Positions 45,989 through 55,141 of a stretch of DNA of 64,000 nucleotides are shown piece by piece. Origin of the DNA: Polyangiales bacterium (GTDB lineage Bacteria; Myxococcota_A; Polyangia; Polyangiales; Polyangiaceae); the NCBI GenBank assembly GCA_038231275.1, contig JBBRLQ010000016.1:1-64000 (forward strand), read 5' to 3'. The notes below the pieces were generated by a model that was given only the letters and a program-made list of their open reading frames with translations, was not told the DNA's origin and made no database searches. Position 1 is the first letter of the stretch. Each line of letters opens with the position of its first letter. Made by a program: the position numbers and the translations under genes.

Positions 45989-47569
45989 ATGCAGAACCAA
46001 CGCCGCATCATGTTCTTCGCCTTGTCCGCGCTCGTGGCGACGACCATCGCCTTCGGAATGGGCGGCTGCGGAGCAGACGACCTCCGTATCCCGCGCGAAG
46101 AGTCGGGCGACGGGGCCGGACCTCTTCCGCCGGTCGATGCTGCGCAGGATGCACGTGACACACAGGATGCCCAAGACGCCGCGCCGAGCGATGGCGGCGT
46201 CGACGCGGACGCGGACGCATGCACCTCGATACAGTGCGGCTCGCCACCGACGCGCGTGACTGCGGGCACCGGCTTCGCCTGCGTCCTTCGCGCCGACGCG
46301 ACCGTCTGGTGCTGGGGCTCGAACCAATATGGAGAGCTGGGCGTGCTCCCGTCGGCGAACGACCTCGCCTGCGGGGAGGTGCATTGCAGCCCCGCGCCCC
46401 GGCGCATCGACGCGCTCGCCGGCGTGAGGGACGTCCGCGCCGGTGAGTCGTTCGCGTGCGCGTTGAAGAGCGATGACTCGGTGTGGTGCTGGGGGCGCAA
46501 CGGGTTCGACGTGCTCGGCCACAGCGCGACCCTCGACAGCGCGTGCGCGGATCCGCCCGACGCCGGCGCGGGCTCGAAGTGCAATGCGACGCCGACACAG
46601 GTCACCTTCCCTGCGAACGTGAAGATCGATTCGATCGCGGCGGGGCGCGAGATCGCGTGCGCCGTCTCTCAGACGGATCCCGCCGGCAACCCTTCGCGCG
46701 ACGTGTACTGCTGGGGGCGCAACGACCACGCGTCGGTCGGCATCGCGGGCGGGATCCCCCAGAACGTCGCGACGCCGAACAAGATCAGCGGCTTCGCGGG
46801 CGACGTCGTGGCCGTCGACGTCGGGGACAACACCCGGCAGGTGTGCGCGATTCGAAAGGACGGCACGGTCTGGTGCTGGGGCGACGACTTTCAGGGGCGC
46901 ATCGGCACCATTCCGGGCACCTTCCCCGGCATCGACTGCGCGGACGGCCAGACCCACGATTGCACTCCGGTCCCTCAGCTGATTCGCGTGCGAGGACCGC
47001 TGCCCGCCGACGCGGGCGCCGACGCCGGGGACATCGGCCTCGGCGCAACCCTGTCCGGCGCGAAGCAAGTGAAGCTCGGAGCCGGGACGTCGTGCGTGCT
47101 GAGCGCGGGCGGTTCCGTCTGGTGCTGGGGCAACAACTTCAATGCGGGCCTCGCCGACCCCGCACTCACGGGCGACGATCACCCTGGCGCGCGCCCGATC
47201 GCCGGCCTCCCCGCAAGCGTGTCCGCGCTCACCCGTCACCACGTGACCGCGTTCGCGGCGACCGACCTCGGCGAGCTCTGGGGCTGGGGCGACAACACCT
47301 ATGGCCAGCTCGGGACCGGCTCGGTGTTCGGTCAAGCGTGCCTGTCAGGACTATGCGTCACGGTGCCGAGCCAGGTCTCCGGCCTAAAGGGAACGAGGGA
47401 CCTTGCCGCCGGCGACTCGTTCTTCGCCGCGATTACCGCGAGCGGGGCCCTTGTGGCGTGGGGGAGAAATGACTTCGCGCAGCTCGGGCACGCGCCCGGC
47501 ACGAGTCAAGACGCCACGTGCGCGGGCACTCAATGCAATGCGCTGCCTGCGCCAGTTTCTCTCCCCTGA
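45989..47569 (+). CDS. RCC1-repeat lipoprotein
   Basis: Lipobox MGGCG; repeated GxVWCWGxNxxGxLG units. Confidence 0.92.
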   Translation: MQNQRRIMFFALSALVATTIAFGMGGCGADDLRIPREESGDGAGPLPPVDAAQDARDTQDAQDAAPSDGGVDADADACTSIQCGSPPTRVTAGTGFACVLRADATVWCWGSNQYGELGVLPSANDLACGEVHCSPAPRRIDALAGVRDVRAGESFACALKSDDSVWCWGRNGFDVLGHSATLDSACADPPDAGAGSKCNATPTQVTFPANVKIDSIAAGREIACAVSQTDPAGNPSRDVYCWGRNDHASVGIAGGIPQNVATPNKISGFAGDVVAVDVGDNTRQVCAIRKDGTVWCWGDDFQGRIGTIPGTFPGIDCADGQTHDCTPVPQLIRVRGPLPADAGADAGDIGLGATLSGAKQVKLGAGTSCVLSAGGSVWCWGNNFNAGLADPALTGDDHPGARPIAGLPASVSALTRHHVTAFAATDLGELWGWGDNTYGQLGTGSVFGQACLSGLCVTVPSQVSGLKGTRDLAAGDSFFAAITASGALVAWGRNDFAQLGHAPGTSQDATCAGTQCNALPAPVSLP

Positions 47570-47575
47570 TCGGAG

Positions 47576-48565
47576 TCAAGCCATTCGCGAGCGCGCGCGC
47601 AGCCCGGAAGCGACAAGCCTCGCTTCGGACGAGCTGAGCCCCGTCACGCTGATTCGCGGCACGACGGAGCCTGTCGACCCGGTCACGCGCTCCCCGACGA
47701 GCAGTACACGGCGGACCCCCTCCTCGAGAAGTAGCTCGATCTGGGAGGGCCTGTAACTCCCGTTCGGAAACGCGTACGTGTCGAGTGGCAGACCGAGCGT
47801 GTCCTGGAAATACGCGCGGCACGCGCGGACGTCCTCCCGAAGGTACGCGTCCGTTTCGAACCCCATCGAATCGTGGTGCCAGGAGTGCGCGCCGATGTCG
47901 TGCTCCCGGGCGGCCTCACGAACGTCCTCGCGCGTCATCATGCGAACCTTCGGCACATCGACGCTCACCATCGTCGCGCTGAGCTCTTCCATCAGGCGAA
48001 GGCGGTCCGCGCGCGGGCGCAACTTGAGGAACGTGGTCAGGACGGCGCCGAAGCGCGCCTTGCTCCGCGCCCCTCCAGAGAGCTCCGGCGCCACGAAACC
48101 AGGAAGTCGAATCCGTGCGAGCAACGAAAGGGGCGCGACGGCAAGCGCATCTGTGACTCCCGCCTCCCATGGCGGGCCACCGCCGTCGACTGAATGCGGG
48201 ATGACGTTGTGATTGACGCGAATACTGTAGCGCGCGAGGAGCGGCATCGCGTACTCGACGAAGTCGTAGTACCCGTCGTCAAACGAGAGCACCACGTCCG
48301 GTCGCCGCCGGTCGCGACCTGCGGGCTCGTCGAAGCCGCGTACACGCGCGCGATCGGTCAGAAAGCGGAGGAGGTCCTCGAAGATTCGCGGGTGAAGCGG
48401 CGGCCAGTAGGGGCTGTCCTCGGGCGAGACCCGATGAAGATTCAGCACCAGAGTCGCTCCACGGAGGGCCTCGATGCGTAGCAGCAAGGAGTCCAACTTG
48501 GCGAAGGACAAGGCCCCGAAGACCCCCGCACGAAACGAGAAGCGCGGCACCGCGTGACGAATCAA
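47576..48565 (-). CDS. Polysaccharide deacetylase (CE4/NodB)
   Basis: LNLHRV, LSFDDG, IGAHSWHH, YAFPNG. Confidence 0.9.
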   Translation of the reverse strand: MIRHAVPRFSFRAGVFGALSFAKLDSLLLRIEALRGATLVLNLHRVSPEDSPYWPPLHPRIFEDLLRFLTDRARVRGFDEPAGRDRRRPDVVLSFDDGYYDFVEYAMPLLARYSIRVNHNVIPHSVDGGGPPWEAGVTDALAVAPLSLLARIRLPGFVAPELSGGARSKARFGAVLTTFLKLRPRADRLRLMEELSATMVSVDVPKVRMMTREDVREAAREHDIGAHSWHHDSMGFETDAYLREDVRACRAYFQDTLGLPLDTYAFPNGSYRPSQIELLLEEGVRRVLLVGERVTGSTGSVVPRISVTGLSSSEARLVASGLRARSRMA

Positions 48566-48581
48566 GCAAGTGCTCCGTCGC

Positions 48582-49490
48582 TCACGAGGTCGCCCGCACC
48601 CGCCACTGATTGACTCGTCGGAGGACGCGAACGGTCCGCTCCATCCACGCCGGATTGTTCTGCCATTCGCGGCCGGACGGCTCGAATCGTCCGCCGAAGC
48701 ACTTCTTGAAGCGGTGGATCCCTTCGGTCGAGTCCATCGAGCTCACGAGACCGAAATCGTACCAGCGAACGCCGCGCTGCTTAAGGTATTGGAGCGTCTT
48801 CCAGATGAGAAGGTGGCCGCCGGGTTCGGGCGCAGCCGAGTCATGCACCGCGACGTAATAGTATGCATGGGTCGGGAGGACGTAGACCAAGTTGATAGTC
48901 AGCGGGCGCCCGTCCGCGTCCACGGACTGTCCGAACACGAGGAACCCTTCGTCGATCATTCGCCGGAGCATGGGTCGGTCTGCCGGGGACAGTCCCCGCT
49001 CGCGCGCCATCGCGTCGTAGAGCGCGACGACACGGTCGAGATCGGCCTCCGTAACCCGGTCGAGAAACTCGGTCCGCAGTCCGAGTCGCTCACTCTTGCG
49101 AATCTTCGACCTCTCGCGAGAGCTGATGTTCGCGAAGAGGGTCTCTTCGGATTGGGACAGGTCGAAGGCATAGGTGCCCGCGCCGAACCAGTTGCGAACC
49201 AGCACCGGCGTGAGCTCATGCCCAAGTGCGGCGCGCTCCGGATCTCCGTCGCGCCACTGGAACTCGTTGACGGTCAGCATCGTCGCGGGGCGAAACGCGC
49301 GATGGCTGCGCAGCATGGCGTCAGCCGCATCCAACGAGCCCCCGTCGGAGAGCAGGACCAGCCGGCGCGCCGGACCGAGGCGCCGAGCCATCAGTTTGAG
49401 GCGCGCCTCTTGCTCGAGGACCGTCCACCCAAGGTAGCGCTCGAGTAGAAAATTCGGGCAAAGCTCCACCCGCGGGTAATCGGACGCCAT
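48582..49490 (-). CDS. FemAB/FemX-like GNAT-fold protein
   Basis: FDLSQSEETLF..RSKIRKSER, HLLIW, GVRWYDFG, GIHRFKKCFGG. Confidence 0.85.
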   Translation of the reverse strand: MASDYPRVELCPNFLLERYLGWTVLEQEARLKLMARRLGPARRLVLLSDGGSLDAADAMLRSHRAFRPATMLTVNEFQWRDGDPERAALGHELTPVLVRNWFGAGTYAFDLSQSEETLFANISSRERSKIRKSERLGLRTEFLDRVTEADLDRVVALYDAMARERGLSPADRPMLRRMIDEGFLVFGQSVDADGRPLTINLVYVLPTHAYYYVAVHDSAAPEPGGHLLIWKTLQYLKQRGVRWYDFGLVSSMDSTEGIHRFKKCFGGRFEPSGREWQNNPAWMERTVRVLRRVNQWRVRATS

Positions 49491-49821
49491 CGGAGGCTCT
49501 GTCTACCAGGTCACTTCCGCGGACGCACGCCGCGGGCGCTCCGGGAGTTGCTTCCGTATTTCGTTGTCGACGAGGGTGGCCCTGACTACTCTGACATTCT
49601 CCCACATTGTGGCACGTGCGCGATGGAGCGAACGCGCCGGAGATCGCTCGAAATTGAGCCGGGGTCACTTGTTGCGTTGCGCTCGGCGTGATTGATTGGG
49701 CTTCGTCCCGCAACTGAAGACGGTGGGCGCGTGCGCTAAAGGGGGGCCCTCTAAAGGGGGCTAGTCCGGCGACCGTTATCTGCGGACGGGCCGGTACGTT
49801 TTTGCCAGTGGAGGTCGTTCG

Positions 49822-52449
49822 ATGAGGAATGAGGGAATCTTGAGGGGACTTGCGGGCGCCTTTGCCCTCTCGTGCCTCGCTGTAGCTTGCGACACGTCGG
49901 ACGGCTCGTCGCGAACCGCGTCGTCTCCCACCGGGACGCTCGAGGGCACATCTCTCCTTCCGACGGAGCACGCAGCCGCCGTCGTCGCGCGCGCGACGTC
50001 CTTTCGCGAGAAGGGCCTCGCATTTACCCGCGACCGCGCCCGTGTCGTGGCGACACCCGTCGAGCGACAAGTCCTCCCAGCCGGGGGCCCGGTTGACGTT
50101 AAGGTGGTGAACGGACGGCTCGTGACGTTGGGCGGCGCTCTCCAGCGTTCGTTCGGCAAGGTCGCCAGCGAGCGTTTTTCGGTCCACGACGGTCCCACGG
50201 GCGTCGGAGCGCACGTCACCCTGCGCGGCGCGAGCGACGCTGCGGCCGAGCACGCCGGCTCCTATCTCGTGTACGCGAATGGGCACCCGCTGGGGGACGT
50301 CCTTCACCGCCTCACGAGCGATGGGGTCGAGGACTTCTTCGTTCTCGAGCATAAGCCCGCGGTCCCGTCCGTCTCCTACGACATCACGCTGGAAGCTTCC
50401 TCCGGTCTACGCCTTGTCGAGAACACTCTGGAGATCGTCGACGCTGCCGGCTCGCCGCGCGTTCGCGTCGCGCCTCCCTATCTCGTGGACTCCGCCGGCA
50501 CACGCCACGTCGCCGAGCTCTCGGTCGCGGGCTGCGCCGTCGACACCTCTCCCGCGCCGCCGTGGGGTCGCCGCATCGTGAACCCAGGCGCATCGACGTG
50601 CGAGGTTCGAGTCGGCTGGCATTCCGCCAAGGTCGAGTATCCCGCGCTGCTCGATCCCTCATGGCAGTCGGCCGGTAGCATGGCCAACGCGCGAAGCTCT
50701 CCGGCGGCCACCGTCTTGAACGACGGCCGAGTCCTCGTCTCCGGCGGCTACGACACGTCCGTCTTCAGCTCGGCGGAGCTCTTCGATCCGCACGTCGGAA
50801 CCTGGGCGACCACGGGAAGCATGGGGACGGTCCGCTTCTCTCATAGCAGTAACCTCGTCGCGAGCGGCTCGGTCCTCGCCGCCGGCGGCACCGACGGAAC
50901 GACGTCCCGGTCGTCCGCGGAGCTGTACAACCCCAGCAGCGGCACCTGGGCGGCAACCGGCTCGCTTGCGGGGCCGCGCGACACGCACCAAGCCGTTACC
51001 CTCTCGAACGGAACGGTGCTCGTCGTCGGCGGCTACAACGGAAGCACCGGCGGGCTCGCGACCGCGGAGTTGTTCTCTGGCTCGAGCTGGGCCGCCTCCG
51101 GCGCGATGAGCACGGTGCGACAGGGACACACGGCGACGCTACTCGGCAACGGCAGCATCCTCGTCGCGGGCGGTTATTCCGACACTGCGACCACGAGCTC
51201 GAGTGACGTTTGGACCTCTGGCGCTTTCGCCGCGGGCCCCGCGCTGACAACGCCGCGGTACGGGCACACCGGCACGCTGCTCGGCAGCGGATCGGTGCTT
51301 CTTGCGGGCGGAAAGGACGCGGCCGTCATTCTCCCAAGCGAGACCTGCGCGGCGACATGCGCGGCCTCCGGTAGCTTGACCGCAGGCCGCGCGTTTCACA
51401 GCGCTTCGCTCATGAGAGACGGGCGCGTCCTCGTGGCAGGAGGCGCCACCGGCGCGACGGCGCTCGCTTCGTCGGAGGTCTACTCCGCAGGCACCTTCAC
51501 GACGGACCAGCCGCTCGCAAACGCGCGTGAAGGGCAAGGCGCGGTCTTCTTGAAAGAGGGGCGCGCGTTCTTGGCGGGCGGCGACAACGTAACCAGCTCT
51601 CTCGCTTCTGCAGAGGTTTGGCCGCAGCCGACCGTGACCGCAACGCCCGGAGCCAACGCCGTTTCGGTCTCTTGGACCACGACACCCGGGAACACGACGG
51701 ACTATGTCGCCGTTGCCCCGGTCGGCGCACCGCCGTCCGTGACCACGAAGTTCGCCTATACGGGCGGCGCGGCCAGCGGCAACGTCAATCTCACGGGAAT
51801 CGGCGGCGGCACCTACGTGGCGCGCGTCTTCCTACAAAACAATCTGTGGATCACCGCAGAGACGAGCTCGTTCGTCGTCGCCGGAACAGGCACGACGGTA
51901 TCGCTCAACGCGGCTAGCGTGCTCACGTCTCCGTCGAACATCATCATCGACTACGCCGGCATGTCAGGGTCGTCGGTAGACTGGATTGCCATCGCGCCGG
52001 CGGGCTCGCCCAATACGACGTATACGCAATACAAGTACACGGGGGGCGCGCTCTCCGGCAGCGCGACATTTCCGAACATTCCGAATGGCACGTACGTCGC
52101 CCGAGCGTTTTTCAACAACTCCTACGTCAAGCAGGCCGAGACGGCATCCAGCTTCACGGTGACAGGTGGCGCGAGCGCGACGGTAACACTCGATGGGGCA
52201 AGCGTGCTGACCGCGCCGGGCACCGTCATCATCGACTACAGCAACATGTCAGGAGCGTCCACGGATTGGATTTCCATCGCGACCGCTGGCTCCGTAGACA
52301 CGAGCTACGTCGCTTGGGTCTACACCCGCGGAGCCACGAGCGGCAAAGCGACGTTTAACAACGTCGCCGCCGGATCCTATGTGGGGCGCGCCTATTTCAA
52401 CGACTCTTATACGAAGCAGGCCCAGACCTCGAGCTTCAACGTTCAGTAA
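49822..52449 (+). CDS. Kelch-repeat lipoprotein with three C-terminal Ig-like repeats
   Basis: Lipobox LAVACD; repeated R..HTATLL.G.VLVAGG..SAE units; three D(W/Y)(I/V)..YT.G..SG..G.YV.R repeats. Confidence 0.9.
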   Translation: MRNEGILRGLAGAFALSCLAVACDTSDGSSRTASSPTGTLEGTSLLPTEHAAAVVARATSFREKGLAFTRDRARVVATPVERQVLPAGGPVDVKVVNGRLVTLGGALQRSFGKVASERFSVHDGPTGVGAHVTLRGASDAAAEHAGSYLVYANGHPLGDVLHRLTSDGVEDFFVLEHKPAVPSVSYDITLEASSGLRLVENTLEIVDAAGSPRVRVAPPYLVDSAGTRHVAELSVAGCAVDTSPAPPWGRRIVNPGASTCEVRVGWHSAKVEYPALLDPSWQSAGSMANARSSPAATVLNDGRVLVSGGYDTSVFSSAELFDPHVGTWATTGSMGTVRFSHSSNLVASGSVLAAGGTDGTTSRSSAELYNPSSGTWAATGSLAGPRDTHQAVTLSNGTVLVVGGYNGSTGGLATAELFSGSSWAASGAMSTVRQGHTATLLGNGSILVAGGYSDTATTSSSDVWTSGAFAAGPALTTPRYGHTGTLLGSGSVLLAGGKDAAVILPSETCAATCAASGSLTAGRAFHSASLMRDGRVLVAGGATGATALASSEVYSAGTFTTDQPLANAREGQGAVFLKEGRAFLAGGDNVTSSLASAEVWPQPTVTATPGANAVSVSWTTTPGNTTDYVAVAPVGAPPSVTTKFAYTGGAASGNVNLTGIGGGTYVARVFLQNNLWITAETSSFVVAGTGTTVSLNAASVLTSPSNIIIDYAGMSGSSVDWIAIAPAGSPNTTYTQYKYTGGALSGSATFPNIPNGTYVARAFFNNSYVKQAETASSFTVTGGASATVTLDGASVLTAPGTVIIDYSNMSGASTDWISIATAGSVDTSYVAWVYTRGATSGKATFNNVAAGSYVGRAYFNDSYTKQAQTSSFNVQ

Positions 52450-52554
52450 GGGGACTGCCTCGAAGAGCGGCGGCTGCGGGCTCTGCAGCTGCCGCTCACC
52501 ATTTAAGGGGTGTAGACTCGCGGGCTGGATTGCACGCCATCGGGGCATCGGACA

Positions 52555-54207
52555 ATGGTATCGCTCGCCGTCATTCAAGCGCGCTCGACCAGCACGCGCC
52601 TCGCTCGCAAGGCCTTGATGCCCATCGCTTCGGTTCCGATGGCGGGTCTGGCGGCGCTAAGGGCCAAAAACTGCGGTCTCACGACGATCGTGGCGACTTC
52701 TTCGGATCCAACCGATGACGAGCTTGCCTTCACCCTTCGTGGGCTTGGGGTCGCTGTCGTACGGGGTCCACTCGACGATGTGCTCGGCCGCTTCGAGGTC
52801 GCCCTCGCCAATGTGCCGAACGAGGCAACTGTGGTTCGCTTGACCGCCGACAACGTCATTCCAGACGGCGCATTGTTGCGCGAGCTGATCGCCTCGTTCG
52901 AGGGTAGCGGTGTCGACTACCTCGCAACGCGATGGCCCGAGGACCGAATGCCTTATGGACTCAGCGCCGAGGTGTTCACGGCCGGTATGCTGCGAGGCGC
53001 GTCTCGAGCTGCGACCACGCCGCATGATCGGGAGCACGTCACACCGTGGATCCGTCGGCATACGCAAGGCGGAGGCTTCCGACCGCGGGAGCTCGGGGAC
53101 ACCGACCTGAGTCATCTTCGGTGCACGGTCGACGACGTCGAGGACTACGAGCGCATCGCCCGATTGTTCGACGGCGTCGACGATCCCGTGGGGGCGCACT
53201 GGCTCGCTTTGGTACGCGCGCTCCAGAGGCTCCCTGGCGAGCCCGCATTTCGGATTCCGTATCGCCGCGTCGGCGACACGCTTCACTCCGAGATGACTCT
53301 CGGCACCGTGCAACTGGGCGTCGATTACGGCATCGTGAATCGCACGGGAAAGCCCGCCGAGGGCGACGCCCAGAACATCGTTCGCGCGGCCATCGCTCAC
53401 GGCGTCACGAGCCTCGACACGGCCCGCGGCTACGGCGACTCCGAGCGCGTGATAGGGCAAGCGTTGGCTGGAGCGTGGCGCTCACGTGTCACAGTAGTAA
53501 CCAAGCTGGACCCACTCGCCGATCTCGCGCACGATGCCCGCCGAGTCGAGGTATCCCGCGCGGTCAGGAAGAGTGTGGAGGCATCGTGCGCGGCGCTGGA
53601 GACGAACACGTTGCCCACCTTGCTCCTTCACCGTTGGGCGCACCGGGACGCATGGAAGGGAGCCGCGTGGTCCACGCTCCTGGATCTCCGCGCAGAAGGG
53701 ACGATCGGACGGCTTGGCGCCTCGGTGTACGATCCAGAGGAGGCGCGCTGTGCCCTCGAGGACCTCGACGTCGTCCATCTGCAGTTGCCGTTCAATCTGC
53801 TCGATAGGCGATGGCAAGCCGCCGGGGTGGACGAGAGCGCGCAAGCCCGCGCGGACGTCGTCATCCACGCTCGAAGCGCGCTCTTGCAAGGCCTCCTCGC
53901 GCACGGGGCCGAGCGATGGCCCCCCATTCCAGGGCTGGACGCCGCGCGCGTGACCCGCGCGGTCTCCGAGCAGGCCGGGCGGCTCGGTCGAGCCAGCGTG
54001 GTCGATCTGTGCCTCGCCTTCGTGCGTGCGCAAGATTGGATCACGAGCGTCGTCGTCGGGTGTGAAACGGTGTATCAGTTGTCGGAGAATTTGGGGCTGT
54101 TCCGCACGCCGCGTCTAACGGCTGCGGAATGTGAAGAGGTCGCCCGCGCAGTCCCCGAGGTTCCTTCGCGGCTGCTGAACCCTGCCAAGTGGAGGAGCGA
54201 CGAATGA
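52555..54207 (+). CDS. spsF: SpsF-like cytidylyltransferase fused to aldo/keto reductase
   Basis: IQARSTSTRL..K, RG..DDVLGRF, VRLTADN, REHVTPW, RCTVD..EDY; then LGTVQLG.DYGI.N, DTARGYGDSE, GASVY, QLPFNLLD, RSALLQG. Confidence 0.9.
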   Translation: MVSLAVIQARSTSTRLARKALMPIASVPMAGLAALRAKNCGLTTIVATSSDPTDDELAFTLRGLGVAVVRGPLDDVLGRFEVALANVPNEATVVRLTADNVIPDGALLRELIASFEGSGVDYLATRWPEDRMPYGLSAEVFTAGMLRGASRAATTPHDREHVTPWIRRHTQGGGFRPRELGDTDLSHLRCTVDDVEDYERIARLFDGVDDPVGAHWLALVRALQRLPGEPAFRIPYRRVGDTLHSEMTLGTVQLGVDYGIVNRTGKPAEGDAQNIVRAAIAHGVTSLDTARGYGDSERVIGQALAGAWRSRVTVVTKLDPLADLAHDARRVEVSRAVRKSVEASCAALETNTLPTLLLHRWAHRDAWKGAAWSTLLDLRAEGTIGRLGASVYDPEEARCALEDLDVVHLQLPFNLLDRRWQAAGVDESAQARADVVIHARSALLQGLLAHGAERWPPIPGLDAARVTRAVSEQAGRLGRASVVDLCLAFVRAQDWITSVVVGCETVYQLSENLGLFRTPRLTAAECEEVARAVPEVPSRLLNPAKWRSDE

Positions 54208-55025
54208 CTTCGACCGGCGTAGCGCAGGGCGATCTATTTCGGCTCGACGGCCGGGTCGCGTTCCTTTCGGGGGCGCCAGGGCTCCTCGGCCGCCCGATCG
54301 CGCACGCGCTCGCCGCGGCAGGAGCGCACGTCATCCTCAATTCGCGCAACGAGGACAAGCTTCGGGTGTTGGCGACGACGCTGGCGACGCAGGGCCTCAA
54401 GGCGTCCGTTGCCTGCTTCGACGTGACCGACGACGCAGCGATGACCGTGGCGATCGAGCGCATCGCCGACGAGTTCGGTCGCCTCGACGTCTTGGTAAAT
54501 AACGCAGCGTCCGGCCGGCCCGGAACCATCGAAACCGCCACACTCGCCGACTTCGACGCGGCCTATAGGGTTAACGTCACCGCCTCATTTCGCCTGGTGC
54601 AGGTCGCCCTGCCGCTTCTCACGAACGCGGGTGCGATGACCCCCGGGGGTGCCTCCGTGATCAATGTCTCCTCCATGTACGGGAGCGTCAGTCCGGACCC
54701 GAGCATTTACGGAACCAGCGGCGCCAACAACCCGCCCTACTATGGCGCTGCGAAGGCAGCGCTCCTGCAGCTCACGCGCTACGAAGCGTGCCACTTGGCC
54801 CCGCGACGAATTCGCTGCAACAGCGTGAGCCCGGGGCCCTTCCCGGCGAGAGGGTACCTCACGAACGACCCCAAATTCGAAGCGTTGCTCCAGTCGAAGA
54901 CTCCGATGCGCCGCACCGGCGACCCGGACGAGCTCCGCGGCCCCGTCTTGTTCCTAGCCTCCGACGCTTCGTCGTACGTCACGGGGACCAACCTCCCCGT
55001 AGACGGCGGCTGGACGGCCTGGTGA
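54204..55025 (+). CDS. SDR family oxidoreductase
   Basis: SGAPGLLG, LVNNA, SSMYG, YGAAK, VSPG, VDGGWTAW; ATGA overlap. Confidence 0.92.
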   Translation: MTSTGVAQGDLFRLDGRVAFLSGAPGLLGRPIAHALAAAGAHVILNSRNEDKLRVLATTLATQGLKASVACFDVTDDAAMTVAIERIADEFGRLDVLVNNAASGRPGTIETATLADFDAAYRVNVTASFRLVQVALPLLTNAGAMTPGGASVINVSSMYGSVSPDPSIYGTSGANNPPYYGAAKAALLQLTRYEACHLAPRRIRCNSVSPGPFPARGYLTNDPKFEALLQSKTPMRRTGDPDELRGPVLFLASDASSYVTGTNLPVDGGWTAW

Positions 55026-55141
55026 GTCGACTCGTCCCCGCCGTCCATTTCTCGTGAATTGAGCAGGCTCCTATGGCATCAAAGAGCCGCAACAACGACC
55101 GCGCGGAGCGCGGGGATACGCGGACCTAGCTCCGCATCGCG

